A model generated the notes under the pieces. That model saw nothing but the letters and a program-made list of their open reading frames with translations. It did no database searches and was not told where the DNA came from. A stretch of DNA of 64,000 nucleotides from Rubrivivax sp. SCN 71-131. Its GTDB lineage: Bacteria; Pseudomonadota; Gammaproteobacteria; Burkholderiales; Burkholderiaceae_C. The stretch lies in contig MEFD01000028.1 in NCBI GenBank assembly GCA_001724995.1, forward strand, positions 3,620 to 67,619, in the 5' to 3' direction. Numbering within the stretch: position 1 is the first letter of the stretch; each line of letters starts with the position of its first letter. A program made the position numbers and the translations under genes. Below, piece after piece: positions 1 to 12,555 of the stretch.

Positions 1-200
1 AGATTGACGCCCACACCGCCAAAGTTGCGATTTATGCCGTACTTGAGTCTAACCGCCGAACCGGACATATCAATTTGATCCGTGGTCGCGGGAATATCAT
101 AATTACCAACATTGCAAGTCAAGGCGGAAGCTTGCGCAGAAACACCATTCGCCGTGAAACCCCCAAACAACAGAAATATAGTACCGACAATTGGTCGCAT
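1..200 (-). CDS. hypothetical secreted protein, N-terminal part only (runs off the window edge)
   Basis: Own translation from ATG at 198-200 (minus): MRPIVGTIFLLFGGFTANGVSAQA/SALTCNVGNYDIPATTDQ... This is a signal-peptide-like N-terminus in low-GC DNA. It is absent from the ORF track because it is open at the edge. Confidence 0.4.
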   Translation of the reverse strand, partial: MRPIVGTIFLLFGGFTANGVSAQASALTCNVGNYDIPATTDQIDMSGSAVRLKYGINRNFGGVGVN

Positions 201-353
201 AGTGCTTTTGATGTTTTTCAACTGAAGTCTTAAGTTCTGTTGTTTCAGGACGTTGAGTTCGACTCGACTACGCAAAAATAATATCATTATTAACTCCCCA
301 TCGTTCAATAATAAACGGACAATATCGTCGAGCCTTTGGACAAGGACAGCACC

Positions 354-1208
354 TTAGGAGGTGCCTTCGTGTCGACGCACCACGAGACGAAAGGTCGGAA
401 GGTGTAGGCGGCGCAGGATATGCATACCGCCTGCGGCAGCCTGTGGCACGGCGCCAGCCGCTCCGTAGAAGCTAGCTTCGACAAGCTGCAGGTCGAACTT
501 CGTACGATAACGATTGAACAGCTTCGTCAGGTCGGCCGGAGTCGGATGCAGGAGATCGAGCAGCGCCGTCAACTTCTGCCGCAGATCAAGTGTCAGCCAG
601 GGACGACCCAGCGGTGACAACATCAATCGCATCAGCGCATTGCGGACGGGGTTCGGTGGCATATGGATCCACGGCACGAGTGTGTGTTGCTCCTGCCAGT
701 AGTGCCGATTCGGCAGCTCCAAGAAGAGGACGCCGCCAGGACGCATGACCCGAAACAGTTCGCGCATGTAGACCTCTGCGTCCTGCACATGTTCGACGAC
801 GTGCATGCTCATGATGAGATCAAATGTTGCATCCGCATATGGCAACTCGCGTCCTTCATATCGCCGCAGATCGATGCGGTCGGCCGCAGGGTGGCCTCGA
901 AAGCGCGCCTGCCCGAGGCTGTGCAGTCCAGGATCAACCTCGATGCCGTAGACACGGCTCGCACCCATCTTCAGGCACACGGCAAGATCACCGGCAGACC
1001 CGCAGCCTGAACTCAACACCACACTGCCGCGTATCGGTTGATATCCATCAACGGTCGCGCAGATGCCATCAAAGCGCGAGATGTCCAGATGGCCGTTTCG
1101 CACACCTTCGTAACCAAAGGTGCCGAGGAAGGGGCGTGTGTATGCATCGACTTCTTCCGCAAAGCTGGCCATCGGCTGGGCGTTGGGTTGGGGTGATTGA
1201 GTGTTCAT
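354..1208 (-). CDS. class I SAM-dependent methyltransferase
   Basis: 284-aa ORF with ATG start. Motif I VLSSGCGSAGDL, acidic motif YGIEVDP, FDLIMSMHVVEHV and RPGGVLFLELP are typical of Methyltransf_11-type enzymes. Confidence 0.8.
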   Translation of the reverse strand: MNTQSPQPNAQPMASFAEEVDAYTRPFLGTFGYEGVRNGHLDISRFDGICATVDGYQPIRGSVVLSSGCGSAGDLAVCLKMGASRVYGIEVDPGLHSLGQARFRGHPAADRIDLRRYEGRELPYADATFDLIMSMHVVEHVQDAEVYMRELFRVMRPGGVLFLELPNRHYWQEQHTLVPWIHMPPNPVRNALMRLMLSPLGRPWLTLDLRQKLTALLDLLHPTPADLTKLFNRYRTKFDLQLVEASFYGAAGAVPQAAAGGMHILRRLHLPTFRLVVRRHEGTS

Positions 1209-1220
1209 TTGTTGTCCTGA

Positions 1221-1450
1221 TCAGCAAGACAGTTCAGCCGCCCGAGTGGTGTAAAGGGGATGGACGAGGGTCAAGCAGACCGAGCGGGCGAGCCGTATGA
1301 GAACGGATCGTAGGTCAAAGCGTCTGTTGAAGAGGTACTGGATCTGCCAGAGGTAAGACTTCGCGTACTTGGTGATGGCGAAGGCTTGGTACGTGCCGAA
1401 GGTGGAAGTATTGATGTTGCCATGCGCCGTATTGACGGCCAGGGAGGAGA
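1221..1450 (-). pseudogene. 3' fragment of an unknown gene, apparently cut off by the IS91-family element
   Basis: The ORF tail ...NTAHGNINTSTFGTYQAFAITKYAKSYLWQIQYLFNRRF... ends 13 bp before the methyltransferase start (operon-like spacing). Low-GC composition changes abruptly to high GC near 1440-1500. There is no credible N-terminus. Confidence 0.3.
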
Positions 1451-3541
1451 GGCTGCGCCGCTGGCTGGCGGCGCATAGGAAATTCAAACGCCCCCCAAAG
1501 CCCCACGACCAGACCGGATCGCGGCCAGCCAGGCCAGGACGGGACGTCCGCGGCAGTGAGATCGTGGCTGCGGCGCCCAATCGGACCGCCTCGCCGCCCC
1601 CCTGGGGCTCGTCGGGTCTTGATCCGCGGTCTCGATCCTAGGGTTGATCCTCATTCGGCAACGCCGCGCCCACTGGGCCCGCAGCATCGCCCGGCCGCAG
1701 GCGACGCTGAGGTCTGCGGAAGCGGTGTCGATCAAGGCCGGCACGGGCCAGACGGGGTTCAGGCGGGGCAGCTTCAGTCCTGCACCACCTCGCGCGCCCG
1801 CCCCCGAGGCGGTGGCTGCGGGTCCAGCCCCAGGTGGGTGAGGATCTTCTCGATCACCGGCCGCTCGACGATGGCCGCGATGATCTTCAGCTCTCCGCCG
1901 CCGCAGTTCGGGCAGGTGTGCATGTCGATGTCGAACACCCGCTTGAGCAGCCGGGCCCAGCTGATGCGGCCCGACCGGAATAGGATGGGCTCGGCCTCGC
2001 ATGCGGTGGCGACAACGCCTTCGCTCGCCTCTTGCGGCTGCGCTGACCACTGAGGTACCACCAGCGCCCGCAGCTTGGCGTTGGGTGCCAGCACCCCATG
2101 GAAGCGGATCAGGTGCAACCTTGGCCGCGGAACCAGTGCCGCCAGCCGCTGCATGAACTCCAGCGGGCTCATCACCAGATGCGTCGTGCCGTCGCGCCAC
2201 GGCGTCTTGAGCTTGAGCTCGACCTGGCCGGCGGCGTTGAGCTGCACCCGTTCGTCCGACAGCGAGGGACGGGTGATGTAGCGGCACAACTGCTCCAGCC
2301 GCTTGCGGTCGTGGGCTTCCACCCGCACCGCGGCATGCAGGCTGAACCCGTCGATGTCGGCGCACAGCGGCTGGCGGGCCCGGTCCTCCCGCGGCATCGC
2401 GCCTCGCAGCGTCAGCACCTTCTGCCCGGCGCGTGGCCCGAAAGCGATACGGTAGGCGACGGCCGCGGCCTGCAGCGGCCGCAGCGTGCACGCCCCCTCG
2501 CCGTCGGCATCCGGCTCGGCCAGGTAGGTCTGGCCCATGTCCTCGACCAGCACGCCCCGGCGCGTGCGCAACTTCATCAGTCGCTCGATCACGGACTGCA
2601 GCAGCGCATGCAGCTCGTCGTCGGTGGGCGAAGCCGCATCGATGAAGGCCGGCGAGCCATCCGCGCCGCGGCGGTACACCCCGTCCAGCACCAAACAGTG
2701 CAGGTGGATATTGAGGTTGGCAGCGGATCCGAAGCGTTGGATCAGCGTGACGGCGCCGCCCTGGCCTTCATCGGCCTTGAGTCCGGCTGCGTCCAGCAGA
2801 TGCAGCGTGACCACACGCTGCACCGCCTGCAGCACCTGCGTGACCAGCTCGGGCCGCGCGGCCAGCAGCACGCGCAGCGGGATCGGCAGCGACAGCACCC
2901 ACTGGCGCACCGGCACGTGCGGGATGACGCGGTCGACCAGGTGCGCTGCCGTCTGCGCCATGCGCCGCGCGCCGCACGAGGGGCAAAAGCCACGGCGCTT
3001 GCAGCTGAACGCGAGCAGCTTGTCGTGGCCGCACTCGCCGCAGCGCAGCCGCAGGAAGCCATGCGCCAGGATGCCGCACTCCAGGAAGGCTTCGATCTCG
3101 TCTTTGATGAACCGGGACAACTCGGCGCCAGTGCTGGCCTCGGTGTGGGCGATGAAGCTGGCCGCGTGCTGCTGTACCAGGCGGTACAGCGTGGTCTGCT
3201 CAGGACGGTGGCGTTCGTAGTGGACCGGGGCGCCATCGGGAGCCCGCTGGGGCTGCTGCGCCGTGGCTCGCACGATGGGCTCCCGGTGGGGTGAGCCCGC
3301 ACGGTCTCAAGCCGTGCGCCGTTCCTCAATCGCCTTGATGGCTGCCCGCCGACGTGTGCCCTCCGTCGCGGGACCCACTGCGGGTGACTGCGAGGTTGCC
3401 CGACCGGCAGCTTCAGGGCGGCGAGATCGGGGCGGCCTATGTCTCTTCAGGGTCGATCCGAGTCAACCGCCCCGGCGATCTGCCCGCAGTAGACCGGTCG
3501 TTGACCGACGGCCCCGCGCCGCGTCGAAGCGAACGGCGGGG
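1451..3541 (-). mobile_element. IS91-family (rolling-circle, HUH-Y2) insertion sequence, ends approximate
   Basis: Defined only by the transposase gene plus flanking non-coding DNA between the low-GC cargo and parE. The terminal ori/ter sequences were not identified. Confidence 0.4.
1774..3273 (-). CDS. tnpA: IS91-family transposase
   Basis: 499 aa (GTG start). N-terminal zinc module CGECGHDKLLAFSCKRRGFCPSCGARRM, HUH region NIHLHCLVLDGVY, and C-terminal LCRYITRPSLSDERV plus CPNCGG. Confidence 0.9.
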   Translation of the reverse strand: MRATAQQPQRAPDGAPVHYERHRPEQTTLYRLVQQHAASFIAHTEASTGAELSRFIKDEIEAFLECGILAHGFLRLRCGECGHDKLLAFSCKRRGFCPSCGARRMAQTAAHLVDRVIPHVPVRQWVLSLPIPLRVLLAARPELVTQVLQAVQRVVTLHLLDAAGLKADEGQGGAVTLIQRFGSAANLNIHLHCLVLDGVYRRGADGSPAFIDAASPTDDELHALLQSVIERLMKLRTRRGVLVEDMGQTYLAEPDADGEGACTLRPLQAAAVAYRIAFGPRAGQKVLTLRGAMPREDRARQPLCADIDGFSLHAAVRVEAHDRKRLEQLCRYITRPSLSDERVQLNAAGQVELKLKTPWRDGTTHLVMSPLEFMQRLAALVPRPRLHLIRFHGVLAPNAKLRALVVPQWSAQPQEASEGVVATACEAEPILFRSGRISWARLLKRVFDIDMHTCPNCGGGELKIIAAIVERPVIEKILTHLGLDPQPPPRGRAREVVQD

Positions 3542-3868
3542 TCAGTTCGAGCCGAACTCGTCGCCCAGGATTGCGACGATGTCCTGGCGCTCACCCAGCA
3601 GTCGGACCACATCCAGATGGTCCCCTCGCTCGAAGTAGCACCACACCAGCGGAAACTTTCCCACCCGCCAGGTCCGCAGCCCTTGTATGTCCAGCAATTT
3701 CCCGAGCCTCGACGAACCGATGCCCGGCTCGAGTTCGATCTGGTCGAGCGCCTTGTTGGTGTCCCTGGCCACTCTCACCGCAAGGCGGGTGCCACCCTCC
3801 TTGCGGTAGTACCGGACTTCGCCCTGCTGGTCGCGCAGCGCCTGCGGGCGCAGAACCGCCGGCTTCAA
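3542..3868 (-). CDS. parE: type II toxin, ParE/RelE superfamily
   Basis: 108 aa. ParE-like ...ALRDQQGEVRYY... and C-terminal VVRLLGERQDI. The TTG start overlaps the parD stop (ATTGA), suggesting translational coupling. Confidence 0.8.
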   Translation of the reverse strand: MKPAVLRPQALRDQQGEVRYYRKEGGTRLAVRVARDTNKALDQIELEPGIGSSRLGKLLDIQGLRTWRVGKFPLVWCYFERGDHLDVVRLLGERQDIVAILGDEFGSN

Positions 3869-4116
3869 TCGATCTCGCCGCGAGCGATGGCCAGCAGTTC
3901 CTTCTGGTCAGCCTCGGTGCGACGCCGACCGGGCCCGGATGCGAGCCCCTCTTCGATGAGGTCGCGCAGCCGCTTCTTGGCCTGCTCTTCCTGGTCGCGC
4001 CGGACCAGGTCGCGGATGTACTCGCTGGTGTTGCCGTAGTTGCCGGCGGCGACCCGGTTGTCGATGTACTCGCGCATCGACTCGGGCAGGGCGAAACTCA
4101 TGGTCTGGCGGCTCAT
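3865..4116 (-). CDS. parD: type II antitoxin, ParD (ribbon-helix-helix) family
   Basis: MSRQTMSFALPESMREYIDNRVAAGNYGNTSEYIRDLVRRDQEE matches the ParD/COG3609-type antitoxin pattern. Alternative ATG at 4101. The N-terminal extension in the ORF track was discarded. Confidence 0.85.
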   Translation of the reverse strand: MSRQTMSFALPESMREYIDNRVAAGNYGNTSEYIRDLVRRDQEEQAKKRLRDLIEEGLASGPGRRRTEADQKELLAIARGEID

Positions 4117-4203
4117 GTCGGAATCTTGGGTTCTTTGACAACGGTTGTCAACACGCGCCACCAGCCGGCACCCTCGTAGCTCTGCGAATTCGGACAGGGC
4201 CGG

Positions 4204-7143
4204 TCACGATGCCGCCCGAGCTGCCTGGCTCGACGCACGCTCGATCAGCGCCGTTGCGAACTTCTCGACCCCGAACCTCATCGTGCCGCGGAAGTTGATG
4301 TGCGAGAAGTGCGCTGGCCCGATGCGGCGAAGCCAGTCGTCTTCCACCTCGCTCCTGTCCCGCCTGAGCCGCTCGACCACCTCGTGCATCCGGGCCGTGT
4401 TCCAGGCCAGCACGATGTTCGTCAAAAGGGCGTGCGAGCCGGAGATCGCCTTCATCTCGTCGCGCCGCCGGCCGCGCTCGGGCGCCACCTTGCCAGAGTA
4501 CACGGCGCGTTGAAGCTGATGCACCGACTCGCCACGGTTCAGCAGGGTGTGGATCTCGCGACGGAAGTCCTCGATGGCGATGTAGTCGCACAGGAACACG
4601 GTCCGCAGCAGCCGACCCAGGTGCTCGGCTGCCCGGAGCAGCGGGTCGCCCTGGGCGGCCGAGCCGAAACGCTGCAATGCCAGCGTCGCGGAGACACGGC
4701 CAGACCGGATTGACGCCGCCAGGCGCAGCAGCTCGTCCCAACCGCGCTCGATGGCGACCATGGAGACGCGCCTGACGGTCACCGCCTCCAGGCCCTCGGG
4801 CACGTTGAAGCCCCTGGGCAGGTAGAGCCTTCTTTCGGCCAGGTCCCTCAGCCGCGGACACAGATCGAAGCCAAGCAGCTTGGCGATGGCCATCGCGGGG
4901 TTCGTATAGCCATGGGTGTCGACCGCCAGCAAGGAGATCCGGATCCGATCCGCCGCGCTGTTGTGCTGCTCGATGCCTTCGATGGCGACACCGGCCTGCC
5001 GCTCGTTCAGCACGATCGGTTGGTCGTAGACGATGCCCCAGCGGTCGCGCACGTGGGTGTAGAGGCCGGCAGCATAGGTTCGCCTGCGTGGATCGACACG
5101 CGCGTTCCACAGGTGGCGAGACGCGTCCAGCGACATCATGTCGGCCGAGGCCTTGTCACCGTCGCCCCAGAGGGCCGCAATCGGGATCCTGCTCTGGAAC
5201 TCCGCCACGCGCTCATTGGCGCGCCGCAGCCGTCCGCCTCCCTCCAGCGCACGCATGGCTACCGTGACCTGCGCTGGCTCGAGCCCTGGAATCATCGAGG
5301 CGACGCCCTTGGCGTCGGAATCGGTTCCGTGAGCCAGTAGCGCGCCGTACAGAGCCACGAGCTCGCCCGGGGACTGCGCGCGGTGGCCCAGCAGCGCTTC
5401 GCTGTACCCGGTGGCGGCATCCACTTCCAACAACAGGTCCGGGAACTGCACGCTGCCGATGAGCTTGTAGATGGTCTCGCGGGTGCGGACCGGCTCGGAT
5501 TGATCGGACAGCGCCGTGATGGCCGGCAGGTGGAGCATGCCATCCGCACCGATCTCGATCTTGCCGCCTCGCTGTGCCTCGGCCACAGCGGACATGCCGG
5601 CCACGAGATTGGCCAGCAGAGGTTCCAGGAACTCAGCCGCCGACGTGGGCATCGCGAGCAGTTCGATCTGTTCGTCCCGCTGCGCTGCCCATTGCTCCGG
5701 CGGGATGAGCATCTGGTCTCGCTCGCGGAAGCTCAACGAGTGGTCCAGCCAGACGCTGCCGCGACGCAGGCTCTTGCGCAGCGACATCATCGTGCAGGCC
5801 TCGTAGGCCCGGTACCCCGAGCGGGGGTCGAGGTCTCGTACCAGGCCGTACCAAGCTGCACCCACGTCCGGGAGCGGGACCTCTTCCTTGATCTCGCTCG
5901 CTCCCCGGCGCTGCAGATCCGCCCACGCCTTCCACTGCTCGAAACCCGGATCCCCCTCCCGCCCACCGAATTCCAGATCCTTCAGTGCCGCGAGGCAGGC
6001 GTGGACGCGCTGGCTGTCTTCGGCCAGGGCCTCGCGCACCTGCGAGACGAAGCTGCCTCCTGCGGTCTCGGCCAGTCCAGCGAGGAGTTCCCTGGCCTCG
6101 ATGACGCGGGCCTGCCAGGTCTTGGTTTCGTCGTGGAGGACAGAACGCGCCTTGGCAGCTTGTTGGACGAGGCTGGCGGTGCCCCGCACACGGTTCGACT
6201 GGGCCTTGTCCGCGGCCTCGCGGAACAGTTGCTGGCTGCGCCGGCTGGACTGCAGCAGCGCCACGTCGGTCAGCTCCAACAGGGTTACTCGCAGGAAGCA
6301 GACCAACTCGATCAGCTGGCGTGACGGCTTGATCTCCCGCGTTTTCACGGGGCGCCGAGCCTGCACTTGTCGGGCGTAGGCCTGCTGCTTGGCCAGCGAT
6401 ACGGCACTCAGGTTCCAGTTGTGGGCGCCGAGCTCTTTCAGGTAGCGGACCTTGTCGAGGGTCTCGGCAAGGGTGCTGGGGCCGTGGCGCTTCGACGGCG
6501 TCTTCAGCCACTCCAAGTGCGTGCCGTCTCCATTCGGTCGGGCGCCGTAGGCAGAGTCGATCACCTTGCTCGCGGAGGAAGGCGGCACGGCAGTGGTGAC
6601 CGCGCTGAGGATCTTGGCCTCTACCGCTGCGAAGGCACCTCTGGCCCAGTCCTGCAGGCGGCGTGAGCCGGGAATGAGGATGCGACGCGTGAACAACCAC
6701 TGGCAGGCCGATTGAACGAGGTCATCGGAGTGGGAGGCGTCCGCGGCCTGAGCCAACAGCGTGGCTGTTAGCGCGGCTTCGTCGTCGCGCTCAAGCTCGC
6801 GCAGGCCGAGGTAAGTCTTGGCCCAGAGCTGGTGCTTCGAAAGCGTCTGTCGGCGCTTGTAGATCGAACGCAGGCTGGCGATGGACGGCGGAGAGACTGC
6901 CAGCGCCTCGGCAGTCTTTCGCAGGAGGATGCGAGGCAGTACGTTGAAGCCGTCCAGTGGTCGGCCGGCCACGCGCATGAACAGCAGCATCAGCGCCGCC
7001 GGCAGCCGGTGGTCGCTGCGGAACTGCGCCCGAATGGCCGCCACGTCATCAGCTAGCAGCGTGAAGAACTGCTCCAGGTCGAATTCGCTCAAGCGAGGCG
7101 GCAAAGCCTCCTGGCCGACGAAACGAAGGGCGAATGCGGGCAT
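4204..7143 (-). CDS. tnpA: Tn3-family transposase
   Basis: About 979 aa from ATG 7143 (the track ORF starts at an upstream TTG). Typical Tn3 TnpA length, with C-terminal DDE region ...HGYTNPAMAIAKLLGFDLCPRLRDL...ISGSHALLTNIVLAWNTARM. Confidence 0.93.
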   Translation of the reverse strand: MPAFALRFVGQEALPPRLSEFDLEQFFTLLADDVAAIRAQFRSDHRLPAALMLLFMRVAGRPLDGFNVLPRILLRKTAEALAVSPPSIASLRSIYKRRQTLSKHQLWAKTYLGLRELERDDEAALTATLLAQAADASHSDDLVQSACQWLFTRRILIPGSRRLQDWARGAFAAVEAKILSAVTTAVPPSSASKVIDSAYGARPNGDGTHLEWLKTPSKRHGPSTLAETLDKVRYLKELGAHNWNLSAVSLAKQQAYARQVQARRPVKTREIKPSRQLIELVCFLRVTLLELTDVALLQSSRRSQQLFREAADKAQSNRVRGTASLVQQAAKARSVLHDETKTWQARVIEARELLAGLAETAGGSFVSQVREALAEDSQRVHACLAALKDLEFGGREGDPGFEQWKAWADLQRRGASEIKEEVPLPDVGAAWYGLVRDLDPRSGYRAYEACTMMSLRKSLRRGSVWLDHSLSFRERDQMLIPPEQWAAQRDEQIELLAMPTSAAEFLEPLLANLVAGMSAVAEAQRGGKIEIGADGMLHLPAITALSDQSEPVRTRETIYKLIGSVQFPDLLLEVDAATGYSEALLGHRAQSPGELVALYGALLAHGTDSDAKGVASMIPGLEPAQVTVAMRALEGGGRLRRANERVAEFQSRIPIAALWGDGDKASADMMSLDASRHLWNARVDPRRRTYAAGLYTHVRDRWGIVYDQPIVLNERQAGVAIEGIEQHNSAADRIRISLLAVDTHGYTNPAMAIAKLLGFDLCPRLRDLAERRLYLPRGFNVPEGLEAVTVRRVSMVAIERGWDELLRLAASIRSGRVSATLALQRFGSAAQGDPLLRAAEHLGRLLRTVFLCDYIAIEDFRREIHTLLNRGESVHQLQRAVYSGKVAPERGRRRDEMKAISGSHALLTNIVLAWNTARMHEVVERLRRDRSEVEDDWLRRIGPAHFSHINFRGTMRFGVEKFATALIERASSQAARAAS

Positions 7144-7264
7144 GGCATCGGGCGGCGACAGGTGGGCGGCCAATGTACCCCTGCGATCACAGTTGGCTCA
7201 GTGCCGCCGGTCGGCGGAGACAGAGGCGTCGGCCTGAAACCCGCATGGATGCTGGGTTCCAGGC

Positions 7265-7302
7265 GAAAGCGCACCAATCTGCACAAAAGGTACGACTACC
7301 CC
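7265..7302 (-). repeat. candidate Tn3-family terminal inverted repeat (outer end at 7302)
   Basis: The minus strand reads GGGGTAGTCGTACCTTTTGTGCAGATTGGTGCGCTTTCGCC. The GGGG terminus lies about 120-160 bp upstream of the tnpA start, and host-like coding sequence begins right after it. No matching partner IR was found. Confidence 0.55.
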
Positions 7303-7793
7303 GACCCACGGGCGGCTATTTGGATCGAGCGTTGGCCGTGCTGGCCGCGGGCGATCGTGCCGACGTCCGGCTGGCGATCGAACTGGAACGCTGCCGTGAG
7401 CGTGCACCGGCCGAGGCCTGCCGGCTGGCAGAGGCGGTGGCCGAGGAAGCGCAGGTACTGGACCTGATGGGGCATGCCACGGCGGCCCGTGTCCTCACGC
7501 TCTTCATGCTGTGCGCGCAGGGTCGCGATGCCGAGGCTGCTGCGCGATGGCCCGGTGTGTGCGCCGCCGCGATGACCTTGGCACCGTCCGGGCTGGACCG
7601 CCCGACGCATTGGCTGCAGCTTGCCTGCGCGGCCGAGCGCCTGGGAAACAAGGCCGATGCGCGAACCTTGCGCGAGCACGAGGCCGCTTGGACTTCGCGG
7701 GCGGCGGCCACCCTGCCGGCTGCGCTGCAGGCAGGCTTCCTGAGCCGCGTGCGGGCCGACCGCCGTCGATGGGGCGACCCGACACGCTCCTGA
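7303..7793 (+). pseudogene. 3' part of a host gene of unknown function, probably truncated by the Tn3-family insertion
   Basis: High third-position GC and protein-like sequence (LDRALAVLAAGDRADVRLAIELERC...) begin right at the IR boundary. The N-terminal part of track ORF 7134-7793 reads through the IR and is not credible. Confidence 0.4.
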
Positions 7794-7811
7794 GCCCGAT
7801 CCTGGGGGCGC

Positions 7812-9203
7812 TCAGCACTCGACGATATTGACCGCCAGCCCGCCGCGCGCGGTCTCCTTGTACTTGCTCATCATGTCGGCGCCGGTCTCGCGCATGGTCT
7901 TGATGACCTGATCGAGGCTCACGTGATGCGTGCCGTCGCCGCGCAGCGCCATGCGCGCGGCGTTGATCGCCTTCACCGAGGCGATCGCGTTGCGCTCGAT
8001 GCAGGGGATCTGCACGAGGCCCCCCACCGGGTCGCAGGTCAGGCCGAGATGGTGCTCCATGCCGATCTCGGCGGCGTTCTCCACCTGCTCGGGCGTACCG
8101 CCCATCACCGCGCACAGCGCCGCGGCGGCCATGCTGCAGGCCACGCCGACCTCGCCCTGGCAGCCGACCTCGGCGCCGCTGATGCTGGCGTTCTCCTTGT
8201 AGAGGATGCCGATCGCGGCCGCGGTGAGCAGGAAGTCGTTGACGCCCGTGGCGCTGGCCTGCGGCACGAAGCGCGTGTAGTAGTGCAGCACCGCGGGCAC
8301 GATGCCCGCCGCGCCGTTGGTCGGCGCGGTGACGACGCGGCCGCCGGCGGCGTTCTCCTCGTTGACCGCCAGGGCGTAGAGGTTGATCCAGTCGAGCACC
8401 TGCAGCGGGTCGCGCAGCGCCTCCTCGGGGCGCGCGGTGAGCGCCTCGCGCAGCGCGCGTGCGCGGCGGCGCACCTTGAAGCCGCCGGGAAGCACCCCGG
8501 CGGCGTGCGTGCCGCGCTCGACGCAGTCCTGCATCACCTGCCAGATGCAGGCGAGGCCGGCGTCGATCTCGGCGTCGCTGCGCCAGTGGCGCTCGTTGCG
8601 GCGCATCAGCTCGGCGATGGCGGCGCCCTCGCGTTCGCACAGCAGGAGCAGCTCGCTGCCGCTGGCGAAGGGGTAGGGCAGCACCGTCGCGTCGGGCACG
8701 ATGGCCTTCTGCCGTGCGCCATCGGCCGCCACCTCCTCGCTGACGACGAAGCCGCCGCCGACCGAGTAGTAGGCGTGCCGCGAGAGCTCCGCACCCTGGG
8801 CGTCGAAGGCCGTGAAACGCATGCCGTTGGCGTGCAGCGGCAGGCTCTCGCGGCGCAGGAACTTCAGGTCCTCGCGCTCGCGGAAGGCCACCGCCTGGCC
8901 GCCGTGCAGCACGACGCGCTGCGCGTGGCGCATCGTCTGCAGCAGGGCCGGGATGGCGTCGACGTCGACCGTGTCGGGCTCGTGGCCGGCGAGGCCCAGC
9001 AGCACCGCCTTGTCGCTGCCGTGACCCTTGCCGGTCGCGGCCAGCGATCCATAGAGTTGCACGAGCACGCGCGCCGTGCGCTCGAGCACGCCTTCGCTGG
9101 CCAGGCGCAGCGCGAAGATGCGCGCGGCGCGCATCGGGCCCACGGTATGGCTGCTGCTCGGCCCGATGCCGATCTTGAAGAGGTCGAAGACCGAGACGGC
9201 CAT
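7812..9203 (-). CDS. sdaA: L-serine ammonia-lyase (iron-sulfur dependent, single chain)
   Basis: 463 aa. N-terminus [27 protein letters not shown] is the signature start of SdaA-type serine dehydratases. Confidence 0.95.
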   Translation of the reverse strand: MAVSVFDLFKIGIGPSSSHTVGPMRAARIFALRLASEGVLERTARVLVQLYGSLAATGKGHGSDKAVLLGLAGHEPDTVDVDAIPALLQTMRHAQRVVLHGGQAVAFREREDLKFLRRESLPLHANGMRFTAFDAQGAELSRHAYYSVGGGFVVSEEVAADGARQKAIVPDATVLPYPFASGSELLLLCEREGAAIAELMRRNERHWRSDAEIDAGLACIWQVMQDCVERGTHAAGVLPGGFKVRRRARALREALTARPEEALRDPLQVLDWINLYALAVNEENAAGGRVVTAPTNGAAGIVPAVLHYYTRFVPQASATGVNDFLLTAAAIGILYKENASISGAEVGCQGEVGVACSMAAAALCAVMGGTPEQVENAAEIGMEHHLGLTCDPVGGLVQIPCIERNAIASVKAINAARMALRGDGTHHVSLDQVIKTMRETGADMMSKYKETARGGLAVNIVEC

Positions 9204-9231
9204 GGGCTGTGGCTCCCCGCGCCGGCCCGGC

Positions 9232-12129
<2,898 letters not shown>

Positions 12130-12142
12130 GATGCGAAACGGG

Positions 12143-12517
12143 TCAGAGCGTCTTCAGCAGCGCGTCGTAGGCAGGCCGGTCCATCAGCGCGTCGAACTGC
12201 GCCATGTCGGCGGGCTTGATCTTGAAGAACCAGCCCTTGCCCATCGGGTCCTGGTTCACGAGGGAGGGGTCGTCCTTGAGCGCGCCATTGACCTCGACGA
12301 TCTCGGCGTCGATGGGCATGTAGAGGTCGGCCGCGGCCTTCACCGATTCGACGACGCCGGCCACCTCGCCCTTGGCGTAGCTGCGCCCGACCTCGGGCAG
12401 TTCGACGAAGACGACGTCGCCCAGGGCCTCCTGTGCGTGCTGCGTGATGCCGACGACGGCTGCCAGGTGGTCCTCGATGTTGATCCACTCGTGGTCGGGC
12501 GTGAACTTGGTCGTCAT
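12143..12517 (-). CDS. gcvH: glycine cleavage system H protein
   Basis: 124 aa from internal ATG 12517: [12 protein letters not shown]...[13 protein letters not shown] (lipoyl-lysine motif). The upstream part of the track ORF is artefact. Confidence 0.95.
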   Translation of the reverse strand: MTTKFTPDHEWINIEDHLAAVVGITQHAQEALGDVVFVELPEVGRSYAKGEVAGVVESVKAAADLYMPIDAEIVEVNGALKDDPSLVNQDPMGKGWFFKIKPADMAQFDALMDRPAYDALLKTL

Positions 12518-12555
12518 GGGTCTCTTCTCCTCGGTGATGGTGATCCGTGGGCGCC

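Larger units (their letters stand above)
3542..7302 (-). mobile_element. Tn3-family transposon derivative (IR-tnpA-parD-parE), no resolvase, distal end not found
   Basis: Contiguous tnpA plus parDE, with one GGGG-type IR at 7302. The other side runs into the IS91-family element. Confidence 0.65.

Noticed and set aside
3289-3326. GGGGTGAGCCCGCACGGTCTCAAGCCGTGCGCC as the missing second Tn3 IR (also GGGGTCAGTTCGAGCC at 3538 and GGGGCTCGTCGGGTC at 1604)
   Set aside because: Beyond the GGGG and a short GTGCGC, the similarity to the 7302 end is weak. The 3289 candidate sits only 16 bp from the IS91 transposase start, and the 3538 candidate lies inside parE.
7134-7302. N-terminal 56 codons of track ORF 7134-7793
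   Set aside because: They overlap the tnpA start region and read straight through the putative transposon IR. The credible coding signal begins only after 7302.
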